Part shown: positions 14,085-34,087 of the stretch, in pieces
How positions within the stretch are numbered: position 1 is the first letter of the stretch
Layout of the letters: each line of letters starts with the position of its first letter
DNA from: Paraspadella gotoi
Taxonomy: Eukaryota; Animalia; Chaetognatha
Direction of reading: 5' to 3'
Assembly (NCBI GenBank): GCA_051294375.1
Contig: CM119266.1
Coordinates: 749,554-813,553 of the forward strand
Length of the DNA: 64,000 nt
Translations under genes and position numbers: made by a program
Notes under the pieces: model-generated
Database searches by the model: none
Seen by the model: only the letters and a program-made list of their open reading frames with translations
Told to the model about the DNA's origin: nothing

Positions 14085-15342
14085 CTCAATGGCCTCTTCC
14101 AAAAAAAGATTCTGTTCTTGTCCGATTTAGCCAATGGCCTTTTCCAAAGAACGATTCCTCCTTTTGGAATATTTAGCCAATGGCCTTTTCAAAGAACAAT
14201 CCTCCTTTGGCATATTTAGCCAATGGCCTTTTCCAAAGAACGATTCCTCTTTTGGCATATTTAGCCAAAGGCCTTTTCCAAAAAACGACTTCTCCTTTGG
14301 CATATTTAGCTAATGGCTTTTTCTAAAGTTCGACTTATCCTTTGACATATTTAGCCAATGGCCTTTTCCAAAGAACAATTCCTTCTTTGGCATATTTAGC
14401 TAATGGCTTTTTCCAAAGAACGACTCCTCCTTTGGCATATTTAGCCAAAGGCCTTTCCAATAACGATTCCTTCTTTGGCATATTTAGCCAATGGCCTTTT
14501 CTAAAGACGATTCCTCCTTTGGCATATTTAGCCAATGGCCTTTTTCAGAGAATGACTCCTCCTTTGGCATATTTAGCCAATGGCCTTTTCCAAAGAATGA
14601 TTCCTCCTTTGGCATATTTAGCCAATGGCCTTTTCCAAAGAACGACTCCTCCTTTGGCATATTTGCAATGGCTTTTCCATAAAAGATTCCTCCTTTTGGC
14701 ATATTTAGCCAATGGCCTTTCCAAAAACGATTCCTTTTTTGGCATATTTAGCCAATAGCCTTTTCCAAAGAACGACTCCTCCTTTGGCATATTTAGCCAA
14801 AGGCCTTTTCTAAAGAACGATTCCTCCTTTGGCCAATGGCCAATGGCCTTTTCCAAAGAACGACTCCTCCTTTGGCATATTTAGCCAATGGCCTTTTCAA
14901 AAAACGACTCCTCCTTTGGCATATTTAGCAATGGCCTTTTCCATAAAAAGATTCCTTCTTTGGCATATTTAGCCAATAACCTTTTCCAGAACGATTCCTT
15001 TTTTGGCATATTTAGCCAATAGCCTTTTCCAAAGAACGACTCTCCTTTGGCATATTTAGCCAAAGGCCTTTTCTAAAGAACGATTTCTCCTTTGGCATAT
15101 TTACCAATGGCCTTTTCCAAAGAACGGACTCCTCCTTTTGGCATATTTAGCCAATGGCCTTTTCCAAAGAACAACTCCTCCTTTGGCATATTTTAGCCAA
15201 TGGCCTTTTCCAAAGAACGACTTCCTCCTTTGGCATATTTAGCCAATGGCCTTTTCCAAATAACGATTCCTCCTTTGGCATATTTAGCCAATGGCCTTTT
15301 CCAAAGAACGACTCCCTCCTTTGGCATATTTAGCCAATAGCC
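14085..15342. repeat. Tandem satellite, ~45-bp unit AACGACTCCTCCTTTGGCATATTTAGCCAATGGCCTTTTCCAAAG, roughly 27-28 copies
   Basis: Contiguous copies with point changes and 1-bp indels. No unique spacers. Confidence 0.95.
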
Positions 15343-15626
15343 TCCTCGTTCTCTGTTTCTTCTTCCTCTCTATTTGTTTCCGCCTCATTCCATATTCGAA
15401 ACAACTTCCGGCGCCGACATTTCTTTCGCGCGCTCGTTTCCGGTAATTTCTTCCGCCCTCCTCCCCCTCCACCTCACCACTGCAGTTTCTTCTGTCTTCT
15501 TTCGATCATCAAGGTTCCGGGTTCGACTCGGATCGAGGGATCTAAAGTCACAACAACAGCGGCAATGCTATGGGATCGCAATCGCCCATGGCATGGCATG
15601 GCATCGCCCATGGCCAAGCCGTTTTT

Positions 15627-15714
<88 letters not shown>

Positions 15715-16263
15715 TTTCCCCGTTTGACCACCAAAAACAACAACAACAACAACAAAAAAGACGACGACGTCATAAAGAATTCAGCGCGTGCGTTCGCGTT
15801 GTCCATCGCCATTTTTCTTTTTTTGAATGGCGCCGCTTCGCCGCCGTGGTTGGCGCCGTATGGTTGGAAGGCGCCAAGGGAGCATTTTGGGGGTGGTGAG
15901 GTGTGGTTTAAATTTAGAAGATATATAGGTCAAAGGGGAAGAGAGATTTAGAGCTTCGCGTTGCCCGGTTTTTCTTTACTGTCTATCACTCTATCACTCT
16001 ATCACTCTATCAGTCCATTAGGTAGAATTTTAAAAGTTTGTTAACTATAGTGAGATGAAAAGGATTACAAACTCCCGTTACTCGGAACTCGGAACGGACG
16101 TTTCGCAAATGATGAACCTCTCGAGCTTCGCCGCTAAAGAATTCGTCACTACCTTTTGTTTTTCCACGAGGATTGTAGTGTTTGCTTATTTCCCACGACA
16201 GACGGCGCTTTAAAAACTTTTTTTTTGTCTTTTTTTGACAATAAACATAAGAAAGGATCGAAG

Positions 16264-16938
16264 ATGGAGCACGAAGGGACGATCATCGAACGAACTCTGG
16301 GGACGACGACGACGACGACGGAGCAAGTGGCGAGGACGACGCCCTACGTGAAGACGACGACGGTGACGACGAAGCAGACGGACAAGAAGCTCGTCACCAA
16401 GAAGAAGTTGACGACGACGATAACGACGACCGTGGACAAATACGCCAAGGTGACGCCCATCACAAGGACGACGACTCAAGTCACGAAGGTGACGCCGATC
16501 ACGACGATGACGACGACGACGGAGAGAATCAAACGACGTCGGCGGCCGGAAATTCGCGCATCCGGATATCGGCGAATTCGATTCTCTGTCCCGGAAATTC
16601 TCGGCGTCTACTACGGCGATCGAGGGGACGGTGTGGCGACGCCGGTTTCGGTGAATCGCTCCGGACGTGACGCCGCCGACGACGACGACGACGCCGGAGA
16701 TTTAGAGCGATGGAGGATTGCTGAAAATCGGCGCCGATCGGAAGAGAGAGGGAGTCTACGACGACGACGACGACAACGACGACGACGAAGTGGAAAGCGA
16801 CGAAGAAGGAGAAAAGTTAAAGTAAAGAAACGGAAATTTATTAAATTTTATGTTATTAAAATTGATATACTCACTGAGTGGGATGGGTACATGCAGTCAC
16901 GTACAATTTACGGAAACGAGGTAGAACAACTTAAGACG
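16264..16938 (+). CDS. Thr-rich then Arg/Lys-rich exon; paralogous to the 17314 exon; possible upstream or alternative first exon of the globin gene
   Basis: Open frame from ATG 16264 (MEHEGTIIERT...), ending at a strong donor ACG|GTGAGT (16939). Shares the motif PEIRASGYRRIRFSVPEILGVYYGDRGD with PQVPTSGVRRLRLSTPRAVGVLSGNRSD in the next exon. Confidence 0.5.
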
Positions 16939-17313
16939 GTGAGTCGGTGACAACTACTCGTGACATTTTTTCGAGCTTTCATTTTATTTAATGAGGAATA
17001 ATATCATTTGAAGTCATTTCTCATAGTTAAGAACTTTAACGCAAGGATCGCTTTCTCACTTACCTTCGCTGTAGATTCCCTTCAGATTTCCGCTTTACTG
17101 CATTTTTAAAAAAATTGTCTTTACGTTTTGTTTTCAAAGTTTTTTTTTTATTTAACAAAAATTCTTAATTTTTTTTCATCGAAAATTCTTTAATTTTCTT
17201 TTTTTCTATAATTTTTTTTTCTCCTACTGATTCCATCATTATTAATAATTATCATTTTTAATATTATTATCAATATTATTTGTATTAGCGATTGACATTA
17301 CTGATCCGAGACG

Positions 17314-18656
17314 ATGTTTTTGAGCAAAGAGGAAACGGTGACGAAAGAGACGACGAAAGAGACGAAAATGGAGACGAAAACGACTTTGGTGACGACGCAA
17401 GAGACGATAACCTACGAGTTCGAGACGGCGACGACGATTGACGTCCTCGTGGACAGATGGACGCTTCCCAACGTCTACACGACGGATATCGTAGTCAAAA
17501 CGGCGGCGCCCGTTTACACGGAGCGCCCGGTGACGACGGTTAAGACGACGACGATAACGACAACCCCGCCACCGCCGCCGACCAAGTGGTGGATCCCACC
17601 GCCGAAGAAGAAGAAGAAGAAGAATACGAAGGCGAAACGACAACGACGACGACATCTTCGTAATCCGCAGGTTCCTACGTCCGGCGTCCGGCGGCTGAGG
17701 CTGTCGACGCCGCGAGCGGTTGGCGTCCTGAGCGGAAATCGAAGCGACAACGCGGAGGAAAGCGGCGGCAGAGGCAGCGGCCGTGGCGGCGGAGTGAAGG
17801 GCGTTGCGGGACTAACGCGAACCTTGTACGTGGTGGACAAACCTCCGCCGGGTCGAGGCATCGTCCGGGTCCGAGGTGGGCGTGGCAAGTCGAGAGAAGA
17901 GGGCGCCAAGGTCAGCGGCTCCGGGTTAAACCACTCCTCGTGTCCGGCGTGGATGTGGACGAGGATCGAAGACGCGGACGAGAAGAAGACGTCCGAGTTG
18001 TCGTGTTTGAGGTGAAAACGGAAAAGGGAAATGAATACGGAAATGAAAAGGGGAAATAAGGAAAAGAAAAAAGAAAGAAAAGAGAAAAGAGGAAAAGAAA
18101 AAACGATAAGTATAAGAAAAATAAAAATGAATTTTTAAAAAGATGGAAAATTACAAGTAAAAAAACAAAAAAAATATTAAATAAGATACTAAATTTTAAA
18201 CGAGAAGAAAGAAAAGACAAGAAATATAATCACATTCAGAGTCATAAAATCGACAAGATGAAAACCGAGAATGAAACGTCTCCGACTAAAAATTGAAACC
18301 TCAACAACGGACAACAACAACAACAACAACAATAATATCATTAGCCGACAAATTAGACGACGACGACGACGACGACGACAACGACTCTCTCGCTCTATCT
18401 TTTAGAATCTCGAGGAACCTCCTGATTTGTAACGAACAGTTGGAGCAGCGGAAGAGGAGCAAACGGAAGAACAGCTTAAAGTTGAAGCAGAAAAGATCCT
18501 CCACGGATTTTTCGCCCCACGACGACGACGACAACGACGACGACGACGACGACGCCGTCGCCACTTATGGCAAAAGTTGGAATCAGCAGCGAAACGGACA
18601 GACTAAATTCGGTATTCAAAATTTAAAAATCCATCTTATTTTCGGCGTCTGTCTGA

Positions 18657-18724
<68 letters not shown>

Positions 18725-21700
18725 TTACAGACCGGAACCTCTACTTCACTGAAAAAGAAGTCGCTGGCCGAAGCTCCGCCTCGAGATCGCTCGCCTCTAA
18801 ACCAGAGCCTCTAGAGTCTACAGCCACAGTGTGGGTCAGAGTGTGGGTGAGAATGTGGGGGAGATGTGGAATGAGGATTGAGGAAGTGTGGCAGAGATGC
18901 TGAAAATGGATTCAAGTCAGAGTGTAGGTAAACGGTCAGGGAGCGTGGATGAAAGTTTATTTAGGTTAGAGTAAATTTCACTCTATTCCGCTTCTATTTT
19001 AATTTCGCCTTATTCCGTTTAAATTCCATTTTTGGTTCCATTTTCTCTTTATCTTCCCACTCCCCCCTCCCACAGCGCTACTTTCGATAGTCGCTATTAC
19101 CTCGACGTGGAGTCGATTCTGGAGGAACTGGGGCTGCGGGTGGACGAGAATGATGTAGATGCTGTGGCTGACTCATGGGATTTGATGAAGGAGGAAGGGC
19201 TGGAGAAGATCGGCCTCATCCTCTTTCGATACTGGCTCGCGTGAGGGGGGGCGGGAGAGGGGAGAAAGGGTGGAGGGGGAAAGAGGGAAAGAGGTAGGAG
19301 TAGATGAAGGATATACGGGTGGAAGGGAAGGTGAAAGGATAGGAGAAGCGGGAAGGGATGGAATTGAAGGAAGGATTTGAATTGAAGGAAGGAATGGAAT
19401 GGAATGGAATGGAATGGAATGGAATGGAATGGAATGGAATGGAATTGAATTGAATTGAATGGAATGTAATAGAATGGAATTTAATTGAAATGAAACAACA
19501 GTGAATGAAAAGGATGAGTTTGGAAAAGGAAAGTAAAAGGAAGAGAAGGGAAGGGAAAAAAAGAGGATTCCCCATTCAACACAACAACAACGAACACGCA
19601 GCTCTTTTCTCCACTTCCCCCCCCCCTTCACCACCGACGCTCAGCGAGTTTCCTCGCATGTTCGACATCTTCAGTCAAGTGGCTTTCGGCGACCCCAAAG
19701 AATGGGTTCGTCTACGGCCGCGACTCCCGCGTTTGTCCCGTGAGGTACCAATGAGCCTGTCCGACTCGGTCAGTCTGTCCGTCCCAATTTGTCGGTCGGG
19801 GAGACTGAATCGCGGCACTTTTTTCCATCGATGCCCCCTTGATGCGGCTCCTGAAGCAGCGAACTAAAATACACGCACAAAACTCGTCTCTTTTGCTGCT
19901 TCGCTTTATGCGTCACTCCTTTCGTCGTCGCTCTTACCGTCGCAACTGCTTCCTCCATCGTTTAAATTATCGTCGTCGTCTTTGTTGATCTTGATCCTGA
20001 CCGATGAGTCACGCAGCATAATTTTTTTGTTGTAAAAGTAGCGAAGGGAAAGACAACCCTAATCCCTAACCTTCATCCCTAACTCTAACCCCTAACCCTT
20101 AACCCTAATCCCTATCCCCTAATCTAACCTTATCCCTAACCGAAACCCTAAACAATTAATCCATCGTTCAAATTATCGTCATTTTTGTCGATCCCGATCC
20201 TGACTCTGAGTCATCCAGCCAGAGAGAGAGAGAGAGCAAGAGAGATTCGCTGCTCCGTCATACGGCAAGGGGGCATCGAAGAGTATTTCGCCATTTTTTC
20301 TCTGTCTCTCGCACAGCACATTCAAAGGTTCAACTATTGGATCGAGAACTTGGATGATCCGGCCAAGTTGTTTGTCAGTCTGTACGAGGAAGGTTGGAAT
20401 CATGCCAAGAATAACGTCACCCTCAAGGTGAAATAAACAAAGAAATAAAGAAAGAAAAAAAGAATGAAAGAAAAAAAGAAAGAAAAAAGTTAGTAAAGAA
20501 ATTAAGAAAGAAGGAAGGAATTAAATGAATAAATGAATAAACTTAATTAATTAATTAATTAATTAATTAATTAATTAATTAATATCCCTAGTATTTCGAG
20601 AATATGAAAGGCCCTATACTCGACACCGTCGCAACGGTCATGGGAAGTCGGATGACGATGGAACTTTATCGGAAATGGCAAAACGTTCTCCACTATTTGT
20701 TCGCTCAGATTTACGAGGTGTCTGCATGGTTTTTTGGATTGATTGATTGAATCATTTCTCGATCGCATGGATTCTCGTTTATTTTTTTTTTAAATATTCG
20801 TCGTTTGGCGACAACAACGACAACAACAACAACCTTAACGACTCTTGAACTTACCCAAATCGTGACCTACGACTTAAGGTCAAAAAGTTAACCGACCACT
20901 TGATTCGATTTGACTCTTATTGTTATTTTTACTATTGTCTTTTCTCTTTTTGTTATCGTCGTTTTTCTCTCTTATTTTTTCTTCCAATTCCTGCCAAGAC
21001 ATTTACCAGAGTCATTAGATTTATTACATTTCGTTTGTTTAGTATGTTTTTTTCAATAATATATGTTTTGCTCTGTTAATTTGGTTTGTTTACCTGGCCT
21101 GGACGGTCAAAACAAACTTGGGAAAATGACGGACGACAATTCTCTCGATATCGATTTAAACGATAAAGACGACGACAACAACAACATCAGCAGCAGCAGC
21201 CGCAGTAACGTTTTCCGCACCCGCCGCCGCAGGGCGTCACGGCATGGGAAGACGAAGCAGCGGAGAATAAAAGTCGGGAGGCGGTTTCCGACATCGAAAG
21301 AGTCAACGTTGCGAGGAATGGGCGGCGCAAGATTGGATCGGATATGTGCGGACCTGGATTCGTTTTGGCTTTCCTTTATTTTGTTTATTACTTGTTTCTT
21401 TGTTGTAAATCGCTTACCCTCTGAAATTGTACAATTTTTTCTATTTTTTTTTTCTATTTTTTTTTTTTTCATCGACTTAACTTTTCCTTCCTACAAGGAG
21501 GATTAGTCTATTACTTTCTCTTTACTTTTTATAGGAATTTGCTCTTCTGTCTGCACCCACTACATCTTCACTTGCATTGATTTACAGAAAATAGAAAATT
21601 TTTATATGTTATAGTCTTTAAAAAGCAGATGGCTTAACAAACAAAAGAGCATTTTTAAAAACAAAATAGCAATAAGTTTTTTTTTAAACAAAAGAATAAT

Positions 21701-22888
21701 CCTATTATATTTTTTGGGTATTTTTATCCTATTCCTCTAATGAGGGCTTTACAAATAAGGAAGCTTTTTGTAAGACAAAATAATATTCAAAACTAGTGGC
21801 TGCGCCATTACATGTAAATCACTTTCAAGGGCTTAAAGTGAACTGTTACTGCGGCTCTAATAACATTTTAGTACTACCAAAAATATTTATAAATCAAAAC
21901 AATATTATTTTAGTTTTGATAAAATGATTAATATGATAAAAATATAAAATGATTACAATTCTTTGATTAAGACAATAATAAAATGAACTAGAATAAGAAA
22001 AAAATTTTTATTAAAAGTTAATAAAAATTTAAAAAAACAATTGCAGCTTTGTTGAAGAGCAGGTGCAAGTAAAGATCTCGTGGGTGCAGCTAAATTTTAT
22101 TTTAAATGTTCCTTAGTCTTACAAAAAGCTTCCTTCTTTTTAAAGCCCTCTAGTAGAATCGGGTGAAAACACAAAGAAAATTTAATCGGACTCTTCTTTC
22201 ATTTCAGAAAAAAAATTAAAACCTCTGGTGGATGTACTTAAACTAAAATTGATTGTTATTTTGTTTTCTTAAAATGCTCTTTTATTTGTTAAGCAGTGGG
22301 TGCAGATAAAGTTTATTTTGAATTTTCCTTTATCTTACAAGAGGCCTCCTGCTTTATACAGCCCTCTAGTAGAATAAGGTGAAAATACAATTTACAATTA
22401 GTGCCACAGTAACAGTTCATTTTAAGTCCTTAAAAGCGATTTTTTTCTTTTATTTTTATTTTTTTTCTTTCCTAAACCACACTTACAACCACAACGACCA
22501 CAGATTCGACAGCATCGGATTCAGCATGGGAAAACCATCGACCACAAAAGGCGCTAAAGGCGTTGGAGTAGGTGGACCTAGTGCTGGCATCAAGAGCGGC
22601 GTCAATGGTAGAGAAGAGAGCGGAAAAGGGAAAGGTCGGGGCAGCGTCGAAAAACGGAGGAACGAACGTCTTGGAGGAGGCGGCGGCGGCGGTGGCGGCG
22701 GTGTCGGCGGTGGCGGCAGTTCCCGCCCAGACAATCGAAGTAAAGTTGCGTCGGGGGTCAGCATCGATGAAAGAAAGGGGAACGGGAAGTTTGTGAACAA
22801 GCCTGTTGGTGGCGTCGGCGGCGAGGGTTTTGAGCGTGACAATAGAAGCGGCGTTGACGGCGTGGGCCGTGGCGCCGGCCGCCGATGA
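17314..22888 (+). CDS. Globin-domain protein with long N- and C-terminal extensions (~667 aa model); exons 17314-18011, 18406-18611, 18731-18830, 19076-19240, 19645-19744, 20317-20427, 20592-20717, 21233-21345, 22504-22888
   Basis: Spliced core: VDAVADSWDLMKEEGLEKIGLILFRYWLA|EFPRMFDIF...PRLPRLSRE|HIQRFNYWIENLDDPAKLFVSLYEEGWNHAKNNVTLK|YFENMKGPILDTVATVMGSRMTMELYRKWQNVLHYLFAQIYE|G. It shows the A-helix SW, ProC2, PheCD1, proximal HisF8 and the H-helix Trp of 3/3 globins. All eight junctions are GT-AG and phase-compatible. The core exons are solid; the flanking exons are inferred. Confidence 0.8.
19813..20293. mobile_element. MITE-like element with terminal inverted repeats and an internal degenerate (CCCTAA)n block, in a globin intron; related copies at ~23832-24241 and ~25572-25981
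   Basis: TCGATGCCCCCTTG...GCAGCGAA (~19827-19863) is the inverse of TTCGCTGC...CAAGGGGGCATCGA (~20245-20279). Clear similarity to the 23.8-24.2 kb copy. Confidence 0.7.
21550..22372. repeat. Degenerate foldback / inverted repeat cluster
   Basis: GAGGGCTTTACAAATAAGGAAGCTTTTTGTAAGAC (~21742) is inverted at ~22117-22150 and ~22332-22366. CTGCACCCAC/GTGGGTGCAG and TTAACAAACAAAAGAGCATTTT/AAAATGCTCTTTTATTTGTTAA also pair. Confidence 0.65.
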
Positions 22889-22897
22889 CGTGACGGC

Positions 22898-22984
<87 letters not shown>

Positions 22985-23339
22985 ACAAAGAGCAAATCAT
23001 TCCCACTCGTATCCACGTCGAAACAGAAATTAATGAATAAATAAAGAATTGTCATAATCAAGTTTCGTTTGAATATCAATTGCGACAGAAATGACTGTAC
23101 ATTGTACACTAGGGTGGAGTGATGAAAAGATTGAGCGATTGAACATTATTTTTTTGCTGCCTATGGACATGTAATTAACAAATTTGAAATCCTTTTAAAT
23201 TTTTTTTTAGCATAACAGTATAGTATATTCAATTATTTATGTAAAAATATCCTTATATAATCTTATATAATTTCAAAATATTTTTTTTTATTTTTAAATA
23301 AAAAAACTAAAAAACTTTTTTGTTATTGAGTGCTCCACT

Positions 23340-23750
23340 CTACTGTACACTGTACAGTAAGGTGTAGTGAAAGTTGCAGATCAAAATTCGAATAGTTGTT
23401 CATGAACAGTCTTGTACTAAAAAAAATTGATATATAAAATTTTTTTAAAAAATTTGTTAATTTTCGCATACGCCCATATTTATATATAGTACTTACCATA
23501 GAAAATGTCAAAATTTAAAAATAGTTTTTTATTTTAGTTTTGAAAGTTCATTCGAATTTCTCATTAAAATTTTTACATTTTCTATAGTGAGTACTATCAT
23601 CAATATGTATAAATATGGGCGTATGCGAAAATTGAAAAATAAAAATAATTTTTTTTAATTTAAAAATGTTCATAGGTTCGTGATCGTGTTTGTGATCACT
23701 ATTCGAATTTTGATTCTATTTTTGCTACGCTTTACTGTACAGTACAGTAC
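23340..23750. mobile_element. Palindromic MITE-like element; diverged relative at ~27855-28590
   Basis: Nested inverted pairs: ACTGTACAGTAA/TTACTGTACAGT, ATCAAAATTCGAATAG/CTATTCGAATTTTGAT and TTTTCGCATACGCCCATATTTATA/TATAAATATGGGCGTATGCGAAAA. Confidence 0.7.
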
Positions 23751-24517
23751 TGCACAGATTTTGAAAGAACTTAAGAATAAGCTAATGATAATCTTTGAGA
23801 GTCATCGCGTGGACCGAGATTTAAAAAAAGATTGGCACTTTTTTCAAAGAAGCCCCCTTGCTGCGGCTCTCTTTTGTCATCGCTCTCCCCGTCGCAACTG
23901 CTTCCTCCATTGTTCAAATTATCGTCCTTGTTTCTGTCGATCTCGATCCTGACCGATGAGTCACCGAGCAATTTGTTTTTTTTTGTTGTGGCGTTTTTTT
24001 GTAGCATAGGGAAAGACAACCCTAATCCCTAACCTTAATCCCTAACCCTAACCCTAATCCCTGACCCTAATCTCTATCCCCTAATCTAACCTTATCCCTA
24101 AATGAAACCCTAAACAATTAATCCATCGTTCAAATTATCGTCGTTTTTGTTGACTTGGAGTCTTCCAGCCAGAGAGAGAGAGAGCGAGAGAGATTCGCTG
24201 CTCCGTCATACCGCAAGGGGGCATCGAAGAGCATTTCGCCAAAAGATTACCCATGGTACAATGTCTTTTTTTATGATGATTTGTCTAATGAATCACAATA
24301 TTGGTAATAATAAAGAAAAACCTTTATCTGTATTCTTTAAATAAAAGCTCTTGATAATTTTGAAAATGTAAAAAAAACACCTTTTTTTCACGACATCGTC
24401 CCTCGGACAGCTGGGATATTTATTTGTCGATAATCTTCATAAGAAGAAAGAGAAGTATCAACTTTAATATTGATTTCGTTGTCGTCGTTGTTATCTTCGT
24501 CGACCTTTTGAACGTCT

Positions 24518-24998
24518 TCACTTGCAATCGTCGCGTTTGACGTTCCTCGGCCAATCACAGATCGACATATCGGGATTGAACAAGAGTCCAGCTGTGAAGG
24601 ATTTCGTGTCAGAAACGAGTGAGACTTGGATTTACAACGAACTCTCCATCCAATTTTCGACAATCCGATGCGTTATTTTAAAAGCTAATTTATCGGAATG
24701 ATTGAATACGATCCGAACTTACCCAATGACCTACCCTGGGATCAAATCCCTCCTACCCAAATTTCTTACCCGGACACTCCTTCTTAACTCCTCTTCCCAC
24801 TCCGATGCACTGCATGAAGGAACCGCACTCTCCCTCAATGATCGCTATCGCCGCGCTTCCGTCGCATTCTTTCGACGCTTGAGTTCCGCCGCCCGCTGTC
24901 GCCGCCGTCGCCGCCGTCGCCGCTGTCGCCGCCGTCGCCGCCGCCGGGACTCTCGGTTACTACGCCGCCGGGAACAGTCGGCTCGATCGGTCCAATGC
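24518..24998 (-). other. Second copy of the last two chitinase exons (linker + CBM14); probable assembly duplication
   Basis: ~23630-25220 is nearly identical to ~25370-26980, separated by N-gaps. This copy has 1-bp indels. Confidence 0.7.
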
Positions 24999-25072
24999 CT
25001 GATTGATAGAGGGAATGATTGCATTGATTGATTGATTGTTGAGTGATGGAATGTTTGATTAATTAATTAATT

Positions 25073-25135
<63 letters not shown>

Positions 25136-26258
25136 TTTTATTTATTGTTAAAAAACTGCAGTTGCCAGGGTTTTTCAGGAAAATAAGTCAAATTCAAAGT
25201 CATTCCTTCATTCATTTTTTTTTNNNNNNNNNNNNNNNNNNNNNNNNNTGGCACTTTTTTTCAAAGAAGCCCCCTTGCTGCGGCTCCTTTTGTCATCGCT
25301 CTCCCCGTCGCAACTGCTTCCTCCATTGTTCAAATTATCGTCCTTGTTTCTGTCGATCTNNNNNNNNNNATTGAAAAATAAAAATAATTTTTTTTTAATT
25401 TAAAAATGTTCATAGGTTCGTGATCGTGTTTGTGATCACTATTCGAATTTTGATTCTATTTTTGCTACGCTTTACTGTACAGTACAGTACTGCACAGATT
25501 TTGAAAGAACTTAAGAATAAGCTAATGATAATCTTTGAGAGTCATCGCGTGGACCGAGATTTAAAAAAAGATTGGCACTTTTTTTCAAAGAAGCCCCCTT
25601 GCTGCGGCTCCTTTTGTCATCGCTCTCCCCGTCGCAACTGCTTCCTCCATTGTTCAAATTATCGTCCTTGTTTCTGTCGATCTCGATCCTGACCGATGAG
25701 TCACCGAGCAATTTGTTTTTTTTTGTTGTGGCGTTTTTTTGTAGCATAGGGAAAGACAACCCTAATCCCTAACCTTAATCCCTAACCCTAACCCTAATCC
25801 CTGACCCTAATCTCTATCCCCTAATCTAACCTTATCCCTAAATGAAACCCTAAACAATTAATCCATCGTTCAAATTATCGTCGTTTTTGTTGACTTGGAG
25901 TCTTCCAGCCAGAGAGAGAGAGAGCGAGAGAGATTCGCTGCTCCGTCATACCGCAAGGGGGCATCGAAGAGCATTTCGCCAAAAGATTACCCATGGTACA
26001 ATGTCTTTTTTTATGATGATTTGTCTAATGAATCACAATATTGGTAATAATAAAGAAAAACCTTTATCTGTATTCTTTAAATAAAAGCTCTTGATAATTT
26101 TGAAAATGTAAAAAAAAACACCTTTTTTTCACGACATCGTCCCTCGGACAGCTGGGATATTTATTTGTCGATAATCTTCATAAGAAGAAAGAGAAGTATC
26201 AACTTTAATATTGATTTCGTTGTCGTCGTTGTTATCTTCGTCGACCTTTTGAACGTCT

Positions 26259-33763
<7,505 letters not shown>

Positions 33764-34050
33764 CTTGAAAACCTTAAATTGTGGTTTTAGCCCGAGGGTT
33801 ATGAGCGAAGAATATTTGGTTTTGTTTTGACATTCAAATCGCTTTTTAATTCACATATAATAACTTCATACGTTTTCATGTAACAATTCAATTTCAAATT
33901 AAATATTATTTTGGCGCAGCTAAGGAAAGGATTTAATATGAAATAGATTTTTTACTCAATTATTCAAAAATTAATGGTGCGCTATTAAATATTAAACTTA
34001 TCAATGATCTCTTTTGTTAATTTAGATACATAAGATTTCGTTATCTTCTC

Positions 34051-34087
<37 letters not shown>

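Noticed and set aside
14085-15342. Possible CRISPR array
   Set aside because: Units are contiguous with no unique spacers, no cas genes are present, and the context is eukaryotic.
905-15951. Many ORFs rich in ERER/LSLS
   Set aside because: They are translations of (AG)n/(CT)n microsatellites and N-gaps.
22483-23109. Minus-strand Pro-rich ORF
   Set aside because: It begins in a microsatellite; the plus-strand frame with a phase-matched acceptor is a better, though unproven, explanation.
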